Shown here piece by piece: positions 1 to 10,742 of a DNA stretch of 64,000 bases; the stretch's first letter is position 1; every line of letters starts with the position of its first letter. Where the stretch lies: positions 11,996 through 75,995 of the forward strand of contig JBGPPG010000001.1 of the NCBI GenBank assembly GCA_041488455.1, given 5' to 3'. Under the pieces are notes generated by a model that saw only the letters and a program-made list of their open reading frames with translations, had not been told where the DNA came from and did not search any database. The DNA comes from Gemmatimonadota bacterium. GTDB taxonomy: Bacteria > Gemmatimonadota > Gemmatimonadetes > Gemmatimonadales > GWC2-71-9. Both the position numbers and the translations under genes were made by a program.

Positions 1-1
1 G

Positions 2-2188
2 ATCAGCGCCTCCCACCCCGCCGGTGCCCTCGTGGTCCCGCCGCTCCTGGACGCGGTCGGCGTCCGGTCCGCGCCCCCGCGGCTCTTCGTTATGCCCGAC
101 GACCCGGTCCTGGGCGAGCACCGATCGGTCTTCGCCGGGACCCTCGGCACACTCGAAGAGCGGCCGACCGAGGTGTCCGACGACAGCCCCGGGTTCGACA
201 GTGCCCGGAAGGTCGCGGACACCGGGGAGCTGTTCGACAAGCTCGACAAGAGCCCCACCGAGCGGATCGACACTCTGGCCTTCCTCAAGGCTCGCCTGAT
301 GGACCTCTTTCTCGGCGACTGGGACCGGCACGAAGGTCAGTGGCGCTGGATCAAAGTGGGAGAAGGGAAGCGCGCACCCTGGGAGCCCGTCCCCTACGAC
401 CGTGATCAAGCGTTTGTTCGGTATGACGGCTTCCTCCTGGCACTGGCCCGCTCGAGCTACCCGCAGTTGGTGAATTTCGGTCCCAACTACCCCTCAACTC
501 TCGGCATCACCTGGAACGCGCGGCTCGTCGATCGGCGGCTCCTTGTGGGGCTGGAGCGGCCGATCTGGGACTCGGTCGCGCACGATCTGGAGACCCGACT
601 CACCGATCCGGTGATCGAGGATGCCGTGCGCCGGCTCCCGCCCGAGCTGTACGCCAAGGACGGCGCCAGGCTGGCCACCGCGCTCCAGCACCGGCGCGAT
701 CACCTGACGGAGGAGGCGGGGAAATTCTACCGGCTGCTCGCCGGGCAGGTGGACGTGCACGCGACCGACAAGGGGGAGGTCGTCACCGCCACGCGCACCG
801 CCGACGGCGTACTGGACCTCGCCATTCGTCGGAAGGCCGAGAACGACGAGCCGCCTGACGAGTTCTTCCACCGCCGGTTCAGCTCGGCCGAGACGAAGGA
901 GGTCAGGCTGTTTCTGGGCGGGGGCAAGGACACCGTGATGGTCGCGGGCGCGGGCGGCGGCCCCACCCTGCGGGTGATTGGCGCCGAAACCGGGGACGGC
1001 GGCTCGCCCAAGGTCGTGGTGGACATGGCGTCGGGCGGGGTCACGAAGGTGTACGACACCACACCGGGGACGAGGGTCGAGGGAACGCACCGGCCTTCAC
1101 TCGACCGGCGGCGGTACAGTCCACCGGACTCCACCAGCCGGGTGCCCCCGGCCCCTCGCGATTGGGGCCACCTGTGGTCCATCTGGCCCTGGATCAACTA
1201 CGGGTCGGACATCGGGCTCTTCGGGGGGATCAATCCGAGCCTCTACACGTTTGGCTTCCGCCAGAACCCCTATGCATCGAAGGTGACCCTGCGGGCGGGC
1301 TACGCCACCGGAGCCAACGCGTTCCGCGCCGAGCTGCTGGGCGACTTCCGGTTCCAGAACTCGACTACGCGGATCTACGTAGACGCGCGCGCCTCGGGAA
1401 TAGACGTCCTCCGGTTCTTCGGATTCGGCAACGAGTCGCCGATCACCGCGGCGGACAGCTTCTACAAGGTGTTTCAGCAGCAGTACGCGTTCTCGATCGG
1501 CCTGGCGCAAGGCCTGGCGCGCAACCTGACGTTCCGGATCGGTCCCACGGTCAAGTACGTGACGACCGATCTCACCCGCCCGACGTTCGTCGCCGTGGTG
1601 CAGCCATATGGCTCGGCGCACTTCGGTATGGTGGGCGGCCAGGCCGGCCTCGAGCTCGACACCCGGGACCACGGAGCTGCCCCGACGACTGGGGTGCGGG
1701 TGATCCTGGCCGGGAGCGTGTATCCGGCGGTGTGGGACGTGCAATCGACCTTCGGGGAAGCGCACGGCGAGGCGGCCACGTACCTCACGGCGAAGATCCC
1801 TCTTCGGCCGACGCTCGCACTCCGCGCTGGTGGCAGGAAGGTGTGGGGTAACTACCCCTTCTTCGAAGCGGCCTTCGTTGGCGGATCAACGACCGTCCGG
1901 GGTCTCCGGGACCACCGGTACATCGGCGACGCGGCGGCCTGGGGCAACGCGGAGCTGCGGCTCGACATGGGGCGCTACTACATCGTGCTGCCGGGGACCT
2001 GGGGGCTCTTGGGAACGGCGGATGTCGGACGCGTCTGGCTCGCGGGCGAGTCGTCCGACACGTGGCACCACGGCTTCGGCGGCGGCCTATGGTTCGCGCC
2101 CCTCGCCCCGAGCAACACCGTGAGTGCGGTGGTGGCTCGGAGCGAGGGGCGGACAGGGTTCTATCTGCGGGCGGGCTTCCTGTTCTAG
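2..2188 (+). CDS. Outer-membrane beta-barrel protein (Omp85/D15 surface-antigen-like C-terminus); 5' end probably outside the window
   Basis: The frame of ORF 32..2188 stays open to the window edge. No signal peptide follows the GTG at 32. The C-terminal ~300 aa are Gly/aromatic-rich alternating-strand sequence ending GFYLRAGFLF (terminal Phe, an OM barrel signature). The N-terminal part carries LGDWDRHEGQW and YDRDQAF. Confidence 0.7.
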   Translation: MSASHPAGALVVPPLLDAVGVRSAPPRLFVMPDDPVLGEHRSVFAGTLGTLEERPTEVSDDSPGFDSARKVADTGELFDKLDKSPTERIDTLAFLKARLMDLFLGDWDRHEGQWRWIKVGEGKRAPWEPVPYDRDQAFVRYDGFLLALARSSYPQLVNFGPNYPSTLGITWNARLVDRRLLVGLERPIWDSVAHDLETRLTDPVIEDAVRRLPPELYAKDGARLATALQHRRDHLTEEAGKFYRLLAGQVDVHATDKGEVVTATRTADGVLDLAIRRKAENDEPPDEFFHRRFSSAETKEVRLFLGGGKDTVMVAGAGGGPTLRVIGAETGDGGSPKVVVDMASGGVTKVYDTTPGTRVEGTHRPSLDRRRYSPPDSTSRVPPAPRDWGHLWSIWPWINYGSDIGLFGGINPSLYTFGFRQNPYASKVTLRAGYATGANAFRAELLGDFRFQNSTTRIYVDARASGIDVLRFFGFGNESPITAADSFYKVFQQQYAFSIGLAQGLARNLTFRIGPTVKYVTTDLTRPTFVAVVQPYGSAHFGMVGGQAGLELDTRDHGAAPTTGVRVILAGSVYPAVWDVQSTFGEAHGEAATYLTAKIPLRPTLALRAGGRKVWGNYPFFEAAFVGGSTTVRGLRDHRYIGDAAAWGNAELRLDMGRYYIVLPGTWGLLGTADVGRVWLAGESSDTWHHGFGGGLWFAPLAPSNTVSAVVARSEGRTGFYLRAGFLF

Positions 2189-2208
2189 CGGGAGGCCCGT
2201 CGGCTCGG

Positions 2209-2784
2209 TCAGACCGGCTCCGCGGGCTCGGGCGCTCCGTTCGCAGGCGAACCGCTCCGCCGCGAGAAGCCGCCACGCTCCTGGAACCGGTCCCACTCGT
2301 CGGCCGCCCGCCGTTTAGCCTTCCGCGCGGCGTCCCGGACTTCGGCCCGCACATCGGCGGTGCGCTCGCTGGTGAGGAACCAGCTGATGGCGGCCCCCGC
2401 GATCAGCCCGAGCAGCGGATTGCCCCGGCGCTCGCCCCGGAGCCGCGCGAGCGGCTCTTCCACCGCATCCACCGCCGCGTCCTTGGCCGATTCGAGTCGC
2501 TCCTCGATGTCGCCCAGGCGGTCTTCGATGCGGCGCATCATGCCGTCCCCCTCGTGACGCAGCGTCTTGACCCCGCGGCCGAGGTTGTCGCTGAAGTCGT
2601 CCCAGCCGGAGCGCACTGAACGGCGGAGCCTCGCCCGGGTCTTCTCGCCCGAGTCCGGGGCGATCAGCAGTCCCACCGCGACACCCGCGGCAGCCGCCGC
2701 CAGGACCAGCCCCACCGCCGTCACCGCGCTACGCGTCCCGCTCGCGCCGGGGATCCCCTCGTCTGCCTCGCTCTTTGCACCCAT
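2209..2784 (-). CDS. YtxH-like membrane/stress protein
   Basis: One hydrophobic helix followed by GLLIAPDSGEKTRARLR (YtxH-type motif) and a charged helical tail. Start moved to ATG 2784, preceded by GGGAGG. The longer ORF to 2898 has no RBS. Confidence 0.65.
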   Translation of the reverse strand: MGAKSEADEGIPGASGTRSAVTAVGLVLAAAAAGVAVGLLIAPDSGEKTRARLRRSVRSGWDDFSDNLGRGVKTLRHEGDGMMRRIEDRLGDIEERLESAKDAAVDAVEEPLARLRGERRGNPLLGLIAGAAISWFLTSERTADVRAEVRDAARKAKRRAADEWDRFQERGGFSRRSGSPANGAPEPAEPV

Positions 2785-2915
2785 ATGGCCTCCCGCCGGA
2801 CCGGCGGCACCGTAGTCAGGTTCGATTGGCGCTGCCTGCGGCGGCGCCCGGCTCTCCACCCCCACACTAACGACATGGACCGGGGAGGGGAACACCACCG
2901 TGTACCGTTTGCTGC

Positions 2916-4391
<1,476 letters not shown>

Positions 4392-4473
4392 GCGTTGAAT
4401 CCTCGTTGCGAGTTGCTCGTTCGACTACTGGAATTTGTGGGCCGCCGCGCACAGCGAGCGGTAGAACCCCCAC

Positions 4474-5469
4474 TCACGAACGACGTCGGGGCACGCCGTT
4501 TCGACCGTTCTCATTCCGCCCCCTTCCGGGGGTCTCGGGACGCCGGGCCGTGAGGCTGAAGAGCGCCGGGCCCATGGCCCGCGGATCCGCCGGCAGGACC
4601 CGGTAGCGGGAAGGCTCGAGGCCCCCCTCCGCCAGCCAGCCGTTCATCTGCTCGCTCGAAAACCCCTGCCACAGGTGCCCCATCGTCTGGCGATATTCGT
4701 CGCGCGCGTGGGGCGTCATGTCCACCACCAGCAGGCGCCCGCCCGGCTTGAGCACGCGCCGGACCTCGCGCAGCGCCGCCAGCGGCTCCGGCACATAGTG
4801 CAGCACCAGCGACATCACGGCTGCGTCCAGGTCGGCATCGGCGATCGGCAGCGCCTCGAGATCGCCCTGGCGCAGCTCGACGTTGGGGAGTCCGGGGAGA
4901 CGCGCTCGCGCCGCCGCGAGCATCGCCCGGGACTGGTCTACGGCAATGACCCGCCCGACGCAGGGCGCCAGCGTCGCGGCGAGCTGGCCCGTGCCGCAGC
5001 CCAGGTCTCCCACCACCCAGTCGTCGTCGAGCAGCCCGGGGAGTGCCGTGAGCTCGGCCCGCTGGCCGAACAGCTCCGTCCGGAGCGTGTCCCACTGGCC
5101 CGCGGAGGTGGAGAAGAACTCCTCTGACCGTGTGCGCCGCTCGGCCAGGACGCTCCTCAGCCGCTCCGCATCCTGCTCGGCGGTGACGTCTTCGGACACT
5201 TGCCCACGTACCAGCTGCCAGAGGCGCTTGGCGCCCGGATCGAGCGCTGGCGCGGCGGTGTAGCGCCGGCTGGTGCCGTCGGCCCGCGCGACGACCCACT
5301 CGTCGTCGCTCAGGATCTTGAGGTGCCGGCTCACCGTTGACTGCGGTAGTTGAAGGACCCGGCACAGCTCGGAAACGGTGAGCTCGTGCCGGTCGAGCAC
5401 CAGCAGGAGCCGGCTCCGGGTGGAGTCGGCCAGCGCGCTCAGGCGGTCCAGAATGGTGACGTCGGCCAC
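4474..5469 (-). CDS. ArsR-family wHTH fused to a SAM-dependent methyltransferase-like domain (SahR-like regulator)
   Basis: N-terminal ArsR/SmtB HTH (VSELCRVLQLPQSTVSRHLKILSDDEWV). C-terminal class I MTase fold (VVGDLGCGTGQLA motif I, VLKPGGRLLVVD). GTG start at 5469. Lies 82 nt upstream of ahcY on the same strand. Confidence 0.85.
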   Translation of the reverse strand: MADVTILDRLSALADSTRSRLLLVLDRHELTVSELCRVLQLPQSTVSRHLKILSDDEWVVARADGTSRRYTAAPALDPGAKRLWQLVRGQVSEDVTAEQDAERLRSVLAERRTRSEEFFSTSAGQWDTLRTELFGQRAELTALPGLLDDDWVVGDLGCGTGQLAATLAPCVGRVIAVDQSRAMLAAARARLPGLPNVELRQGDLEALPIADADLDAAVMSLVLHYVPEPLAALREVRRVLKPGGRLLVVDMTPHARDEYRQTMGHLWQGFSSEQMNGWLAEGGLEPSRYRVLPADPRAMGPALFSLTARRPETPGRGRNENGRNGVPRRRS

Positions 5470-5479
5470 GTAGTCAATC

Positions 5480-5498
5480 CGTTAATCCGGATGTAACG
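5480..5498. promoter_or_regulatory. Near-palindrome CGTTA-ATCCGGAT-G-TAACG; candidate operator in the divergent promoter of the SahR-like gene
   Basis: CGTTA (5480-5484) is the reverse complement of TAACG (5494-5498). The spacer contains the 8-bp palindrome ATCCGGAT. It sits 11 nt upstream of the GTG start at 5469 in a locally AT-richer stretch. Confidence 0.35.
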
Positions 5499-5546
5499 AT
5501 AGCAAGTAGGTGGCCGACCCGCAAGACCCGGCGTAGCTTCCTGGCC

Positions 5547-6509
5547 ATGGACAACCTCTGCCACACCCTGGCCGGTGCCGCGCTCGCGGAGGCCGGCTTG
5601 CGGCGCCGCACGCCGCTCGCCGTGCCCACCCTCCTGATCGGCGCGAACCTGCCCGACCTCGACGCTCTCGCGTATCTGCGTAACCCCCTGTTCGCGCTCA
5701 CCTTCCGGCGGGGCTGGACCCACGGCGTGCTCGCGATGGTACTCCTGCCGGTGCTGCTGGCGGCGCTGATGCTCGGGTGGGACCGGTTGGTCCGGCGCAA
5801 TCCCGCGGTCCGCGCGGATTTCCGCGCGCTGCTGACCGTCGCCCTTGTGGCCGTCCTCTCACACCCGCTGCTCGATCTCCTGAACACCTACGGAGTGCGG
5901 CTTCTCATGCCGTTCTCGGGGCAATGGTTCCACGGAGATGCGCTCTTCATTGTTGATCCGCTGCTCTGGCTCCTCTTCGGCATCGGGGCGGGCGCTGCAG
6001 TTTGGCGGCGCGGCCGGGGCGCGAGCGTGAGCGAGGCCGAGCGGCCGGCGCGGGCAGCTCTGGCGGTCGCCGGGGGGTATGCAGTCGTGATGGCGCTTTC
6101 GGGACTCATCGGGCGGGGGATCGTGCGATCGGAGGCCGCCGCTGCCGGCGTCACCCCGATTGGAGAGGTGATGGTGGCGCCGGTGCCGCTGGATCCGCTC
6201 GTGCGATCGGTGATCCTCACGACCCGGGGCGGCTACCGGCGCGGCTCCTTCCGGTGGCTAGGCTCGCCCCACCTGAGCCTCGACTCCGCGCTGGTTCCGC
6301 GAGGACTCGACACGCCCCAGACGGTGGCCGCGGCCGCATCATCTGCAGGCACCGCGTTTCTCGGCTGGTCCCGCTTTCCGGCGGCCGTGGTGCGCTCCAC
6401 CGATCCGCCGGTCGTCCGATTTTACGATTTGCGCTACGCTGGGCCGGAGGGTGGCTGGGCTGCGGTGGACGTGACGGTGGGGCCGGTGCCGCTCACTAGT
6501 CGCCGTTGA
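5547..6509 (+). CDS. Membrane-bound metal-dependent hydrolase, YdjM/DUF457 family
   Basis: N-terminus MDNLCHTLAGAALAEAG, then GANLPDLD, RGWTHG and SHPLLDLLNTYGVRLLMPF across several TM helices, typical of the YdjM-like family. Confidence 0.7.
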   Translation: MDNLCHTLAGAALAEAGLRRRTPLAVPTLLIGANLPDLDALAYLRNPLFALTFRRGWTHGVLAMVLLPVLLAALMLGWDRLVRRNPAVRADFRALLTVALVAVLSHPLLDLLNTYGVRLLMPFSGQWFHGDALFIVDPLLWLLFGIGAGAAVWRRGRGASVSEAERPARAALAVAGGYAVVMALSGLIGRGIVRSEAAAAGVTPIGEVMVAPVPLDPLVRSVILTTRGGYRRGSFRWLGSPHLSLDSALVPRGLDTPQTVAAAASSAGTAFLGWSRFPAAVVRSTDPPVVRFYDLRYAGPEGGWAAVDVTVGPVPLTSRR

Positions 6510-9500
6510 CCCCGGCCCCCACGGGCACAGGGGCATCCGTCTCGTCAACGTGGGCCGGCCGGGCCCGCCCCCGCCCGAAGCGCGTCTGCAGGTGGTCGAA
6601 GTAGGTGTAGATCACCGGCGTCAGGTAGAGCGTCACCAGCTGCGAGAAGGCGAGCCCGCCGACGACGGCCACGCCGAGCGGGCGGCGGGACTCGGCGCCG
6701 GCGCCCGCGCCGAGGGCGATCGGCAGGGTGCCGAGGAGCGCGGCCATGGTCGTCATCATGATGGGTCGGAACCGGACCAGGCATGCCTCGACGATCGCCA
6801 CTTCTGCCGACTTGTGGTCCCGGCGCTCGGCTTCGACCGCGAAGTCCACCATCATGATCGCGTTCTTCTTCACGATGCCGACGAGCAGAATGAGACCGAC
6901 GAACGCGTAGACGTTGAGATCGTAGCCGAACAGGAGCAGCGTCAGCAGCGCACCGAAGCCCGCCGACGGCAGCCCCGAGAGGATCGTGAGCGGGTGCACG
7001 AAGCTCTCGTAGAGGATGCCGAGCACCAGGTAGATCACGAGGATCGCGACGAAGAGCAGGCCGAGGAGCCCGCGCTGGGCGTCCTGGAATGCCTGGGCCG
7101 TGCCCGCAAACGAGGTGGTAATGGTCGCCGGCAGGGTTTCGTCCGCCGCGCGCTGTACGGAGGTCACCGCCTCGCTGAGGGAGACGCCCGGCGCGAGGTT
7201 GAACGACAGCGTCACGGCAGGCAGCTGGCCTGCGTGGCTCACGCTGAGCGGCCCGACGTCGGTGGAGAAGTGGGCCACCGCCGAGAGCGGGACGAGCGCA
7301 CTGCTTGCCGACCGTATGTACAGCTGATCCAGCGCCGGGAGGTCCCGCTGGTACTCGGGCATGACCTCGAGGATCACCCAGTATTGGTTCGTCGGCGTGT
7401 AGATGGTCGAGATCTGCCGCGACCCGTACGCGTTGTACAGGGCCGTCTCGACCTGATCCGCCGTGATCCCGAGCGACGCCGCCCGGTCCCGATCCACCTC
7501 GATCCGGGCCTGGGGGTTCTTGATCAGGAGGTCGCTGGTCACGTCGGTGAGCAACGGGATGGCGGTGAGCTTCCTGAGCAGGAGCCCGGCGTTCTGGTAC
7601 AGTGCGTCGAGATCGGTGCCCTGCAGCTGGAACTGGTAGAGACTCTTGCTTACGACTCCGCCGATGCTGATGACGGGCAGGTTCTGGATGTAGGTGCGGA
7701 TCCCGACGACCTGGTTCAGCTTGGGCACCAGCTCGCGGGCCACCTCGTCCGCGCTGAGCTTCCGCTCCCCCTGCGGCTTGAGCCGGATGAACAGGCGTCC
7801 CTGGTTGATGGTCGGCGTCCGCCCGCTCGCCCCCACCGCGGACATGAATCCGGCCACGTTCGGGTCCTGCTGGACGATGGCGGCGACCTTCGTCTGCAGC
7901 GCCACGATCGCGTCGTAGCTGGTGCCCTCGATCGCCTCGGTGGTGCCGATGAGCTGACCCTGGTCCTCGCTGGGCAGGAAGCCCTTGGGAATGATGGCAC
8001 CGAGCCAGAGCGTGGCGGCCAGCAGGGCGAACGAGAACAGGAGCGTCGCGAACCGGTGCCGCATCACGAAGTGCAGGCTCCGGTCGTACAGGCGCAGGAC
8101 CCGCTGCCAGCCGCGCTCGGTGAGCTCGTAGAACCGCCCGTGGCCCTCGTGTGATCCCGGCTTGAGGTAGCGGCTGCAGAGCATCGGCGTAAGCGTGAGC
8201 GACACGAAGCCCGAAACGAGAATGGCGATCCCGATGGTCGCGGCGAACTCCTGGAACAGCCGGCCGATCAGCCCGCCCAGGAACAGGATCGGGATGAACA
8301 CCGCGACCAGCGAGATCGTCATCGAGAGAATCGTGAAGCCGATCTCCCGCGCTCCGTCGAGGGCCGCCCGCCAGGCGGTTTTCCCCATCTCCATGTGGCG
8401 GACGATGTTCTCGAGCATCACGATCGCGTCGTCCACCACAAAGCCCACCGCGAGCGTGAGCGCCATCAGCGAGAGATTGTCGAGGCTGAAGCCCAGCAGG
8501 TACATCACCGCGAAGGTGCCGACGAGCGACATCGGGAGCGCCAGGCTGGGGATCACGGTCGCGGTGAGGTTGCGGAGGAACAGGAAGATCACCATCACCA
8601 CGAGCGACACGGTGAGGAGCAGCGTGAACTTCACGTCCGCGACCGACTGGTCGATGAAGGTCGACCGGTCGAAGAGGATGTCCACCTTCACCGACGCCGG
8701 AAGCTGGGCTCGGAGGTCGTTCACCAGCCGGCGTACCGCGTCGGCCACCGCGACCGTGTTGGTGCCGGGCTGACGCTGCACCGCGAGCACGATCCCGCGG
8801 TCGCCGTTGTACCAGGCGGCCACCCGGCTGTCCTGCACGCCATCCACCACCTGCCCCACGTCCTGCAGGCGTACCGGCGCGCCATTCCGCCAGGCCACGA
8901 CCAGCGGACGGAAGGCGGCCGCGTTGGGAAGCTGCCCGTTGGTCTCGATGGTCCACGCCTTGTCCTTCCCCCACAGCACGCCGGTCGGCTGGTTGGTGTT
9001 GCCGGCCGCCACCGCATTCGCCACGTCGTCGAGCCCGATCTTTCGTGCGGCCAGCTCCTGCGGGTTCACCTGTACCCGGACCGCGTACTTCTGCGAGCCG
9101 TACACCTGCACCTGCGCCACCCCGTCCACCATCGACATGCGCTGCGCGAGGAACGTCTCCGCGTACTCGTCCACCTGCGGCAGCGGCAGCGTGCTGGATG
9201 TGAGCGCGAAGTACAGGATCGGGCTGTCCGCCGGGTTCACCTTCTTGTAGCTCGGCGGCAGCATGTTCTGCGGCAGCGACGAGAGCGTCTGGGCGATCGC
9301 CGCCTGAACGTCCTGGGCAGCGGCGTCGATATTGCGGCTGAGGCTGAACTGGAGGGTGATGGATGCCTGGCCGGTGGCCGACACCGACGTCATCGCGTCG
9401 ATGCCCGCCACGGTGGAGAATTGCTGCTCGAGCGGCGTCGCTACGGCCGAGGCCATCGTCTCGGGGCTCGCGCCCGGTAGCGTGGCGCTCACCGTGATCG

Positions 9501-9630
9501 TCGGGTAGTCGACGTTGGGGAGCTGGCTCACCGGTAGCTTCCGGTAGCCCAGCACCCCGAAGATCAGGATGCCGGCCATGACCAGCGTGGTCATGACCGG
9601 CCGTCGGATGAATGGCTCGGCGATGCTCAC
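6496..9630 (-). CDS. RND efflux transporter, inner-membrane permease (AcrB/MdtB/C-like)
   Basis: 1044 aa with 12-TM, two-large-loop architecture. N-terminus MSIAEPFIRRPVMTTLVM, plus VGFVVDDAIVMLENI and LLVGIVKKNAIMMVDFA motifs. Confidence 0.95.
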   Translation of the reverse strand: MSIAEPFIRRPVMTTLVMAGILIFGVLGYRKLPVSQLPNVDYPTITVSATLPGASPETMASAVATPLEQQFSTVAGIDAMTSVSATGQASITLQFSLSRNIDAAAQDVQAAIAQTLSSLPQNMLPPSYKKVNPADSPILYFALTSSTLPLPQVDEYAETFLAQRMSMVDGVAQVQVYGSQKYAVRVQVNPQELAARKIGLDDVANAVAAGNTNQPTGVLWGKDKAWTIETNGQLPNAAAFRPLVVAWRNGAPVRLQDVGQVVDGVQDSRVAAWYNGDRGIVLAVQRQPGTNTVAVADAVRRLVNDLRAQLPASVKVDILFDRSTFIDQSVADVKFTLLLTVSLVVMVIFLFLRNLTATVIPSLALPMSLVGTFAVMYLLGFSLDNLSLMALTLAVGFVVDDAIVMLENIVRHMEMGKTAWRAALDGAREIGFTILSMTISLVAVFIPILFLGGLIGRLFQEFAATIGIAILVSGFVSLTLTPMLCSRYLKPGSHEGHGRFYELTERGWQRVLRLYDRSLHFVMRHRFATLLFSFALLAATLWLGAIIPKGFLPSEDQGQLIGTTEAIEGTSYDAIVALQTKVAAIVQQDPNVAGFMSAVGASGRTPTINQGRLFIRLKPQGERKLSADEVARELVPKLNQVVGIRTYIQNLPVISIGGVVSKSLYQFQLQGTDLDALYQNAGLLLRKLTAIPLLTDVTSDLLIKNPQARIEVDRDRAASLGITADQVETALYNAYGSRQISTIYTPTNQYWVILEVMPEYQRDLPALDQLYIRSASSALVPLSAVAHFSTDVGPLSVSHAGQLPAVTLSFNLAPGVSLSEAVTSVQRAADETLPATITTSFAGTAQAFQDAQRGLLGLLFVAILVIYLVLGILYESFVHPLTILSGLPSAGFGALLTLLLFGYDLNVYAFVGLILLVGIVKKNAIMMVDFAVEAERRDHKSAEVAIVEACLVRFRPIMMTTMAALLGTLPIALGAGAGAESRRPLGVAVVGGLAFSQLVTLYLTPVIYTYFDHLQTRFGRGRARPAHVDETDAPVPVGAGVNGD

Positions 9631-10742
9631 GTGCCCCTCGTCGTCGTCCCGGCCGCCGGTGTGGCCGGCGGCTTGATCATCACTTTCGCTCCGGCCGTGA
9701 GCCGGAGCTGGCCTTCGGTCACTACCTGCTCACCGGGCTCGACCCCGCCCTCGAGGACGGTGACGTCGCCGGCCGGCCGGGCGACACGAACGTCGCGGAC
9801 CTCGGTGGTCCGGTCCGGCTTGACCACGAATACATAGGAGCCCTGCTGTCCCGCGACCACCGCGGTGGAGGGCACCACCAGCGCGTCGGGCTGGACGTAG
9901 AGCTCGAGCCCGACCTGGGCGAACTGGCCCGGCCAGAGCACGCCGTCCGTATTCTCGAAGCTGGCCTTGAGGAGCAGGGTCCCCGTGGCCGAGTCAACCG
10001 CGTTGTCGATGAACGAAAGGGTCCCCGTGCTGACGAGCGAGCCCCCCGTCGGCTTCGCGTGCACCACCAAAGCCTTGCTGCGATAGTGGCGGATCTGCTC
10101 CAGCTGCGCCGCGGGAACCGCGAAGCGGACCAGGATGGGGTGGAGCCGGTTGATCGTGACGAGCGGCGTCCCGGAGGTCGTGCGCACGAGATTGCCCGGG
10201 CGGAGCAGCAGGCTGCCCGCCTTGCCCGCGATCGGTGAGCGGATCGTCGCGTTCCGGAGGTTGATCTTCGCGCTCTCCGCCGCCGCGCGGTCGGCTTGGA
10301 CCGTGGCCTCCAGCGCGGCCGCCGTGGCGCGTGCCTGATCCGCTTGCTGCGTCGTGACGTACTCCTTCTCCACCAGCGCGTCGAAGCGCCGAACGTCTTC
10401 CTTGGCCGCCACGAGCTGGGCCTCGTCCCGGGCAAGCATGCCCTGCGCCTGCTCCAGCGCGGCGCGGTAGGGTGCCGGGTCGATCTCGAACAACACCTGA
10501 CCCTGGCGGACTTCGTCACCTTCCTCGAACCCGACCCGGAGAAGCACGCCGGCTACCTGCGACTCGATCAGGACCGTCTCGATCGGCTCCACGGTGCCGT
10601 TGGCTTCGATCGTGAACGGGACTGCCCGGCGCTCCGCGGCAGCGGTGAGCACCGGCACCGGCGGAGGCTCCTTCCGGGCCGGCTTGCCGCAGGCGGCGAG
10701 TCCGGCGAGGGCGGCAATGGCGAGGCGACGGCCGGCGTTCAT
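9627..10742 (-). CDS. RND efflux membrane-fusion (periplasmic adaptor) lipoprotein
   Basis: Lipobox LAGLAAC. HlyD/AcrA-type lipoyl, coiled-coil and beta-barrel segments. 4-nt overlaps with both neighbours (9627-9630 and 10739-10742). Confidence 0.9.
   Translation of the reverse strand: MNAGRRLAIAALAGLAACGKPARKEPPPVPVLTAAAERRAVPFTIEANGTVEPIETVLIESQVAGVLLRVGFEEGDEVRQGQVLFEIDPAPYRAALEQAQGMLARDEAQLVAAKEDVRRFDALVEKEYVTTQQADQARATAAALEATVQADRAAAESAKINLRNATIRSPIAGKAGSLLLRPGNLVRTTSGTPLVTINRLHPILVRFAVPAAQLEQIRHYRSKALVVHAKPTGGSLVSTGTLSFIDNAVDSATGTLLLKASFENTDGVLWPGQFAQVGLELYVQPDALVVPSTAVVAGQQGSYVFVVKPDRTTEVRDVRVARPAGDVTVLEGGVEPGEQVVTEGQLRLTAGAKVMIKPPATPAAGTTTRGT

Noticed and set aside
4392-4473. Possible SAH riboswitch in the ahcY 5' region
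   Set aside because: I could not find the conserved SAH-riboswitch core or pseudoknot elements by eye. The spacer is only 82 nt and follows a SahR-like regulator. An Rfam scan would settle it.
6545-8974. 809-aa minus-strand ORF and 534-aa plus-strand ORF (6550-8154) inside the RND permease gene
   Set aside because: These are alternative-frame or antisense products of a clearly real 1044-aa AcrB-family gene. The translations are Arg/Gly/Pro-rich with no domain signatures.
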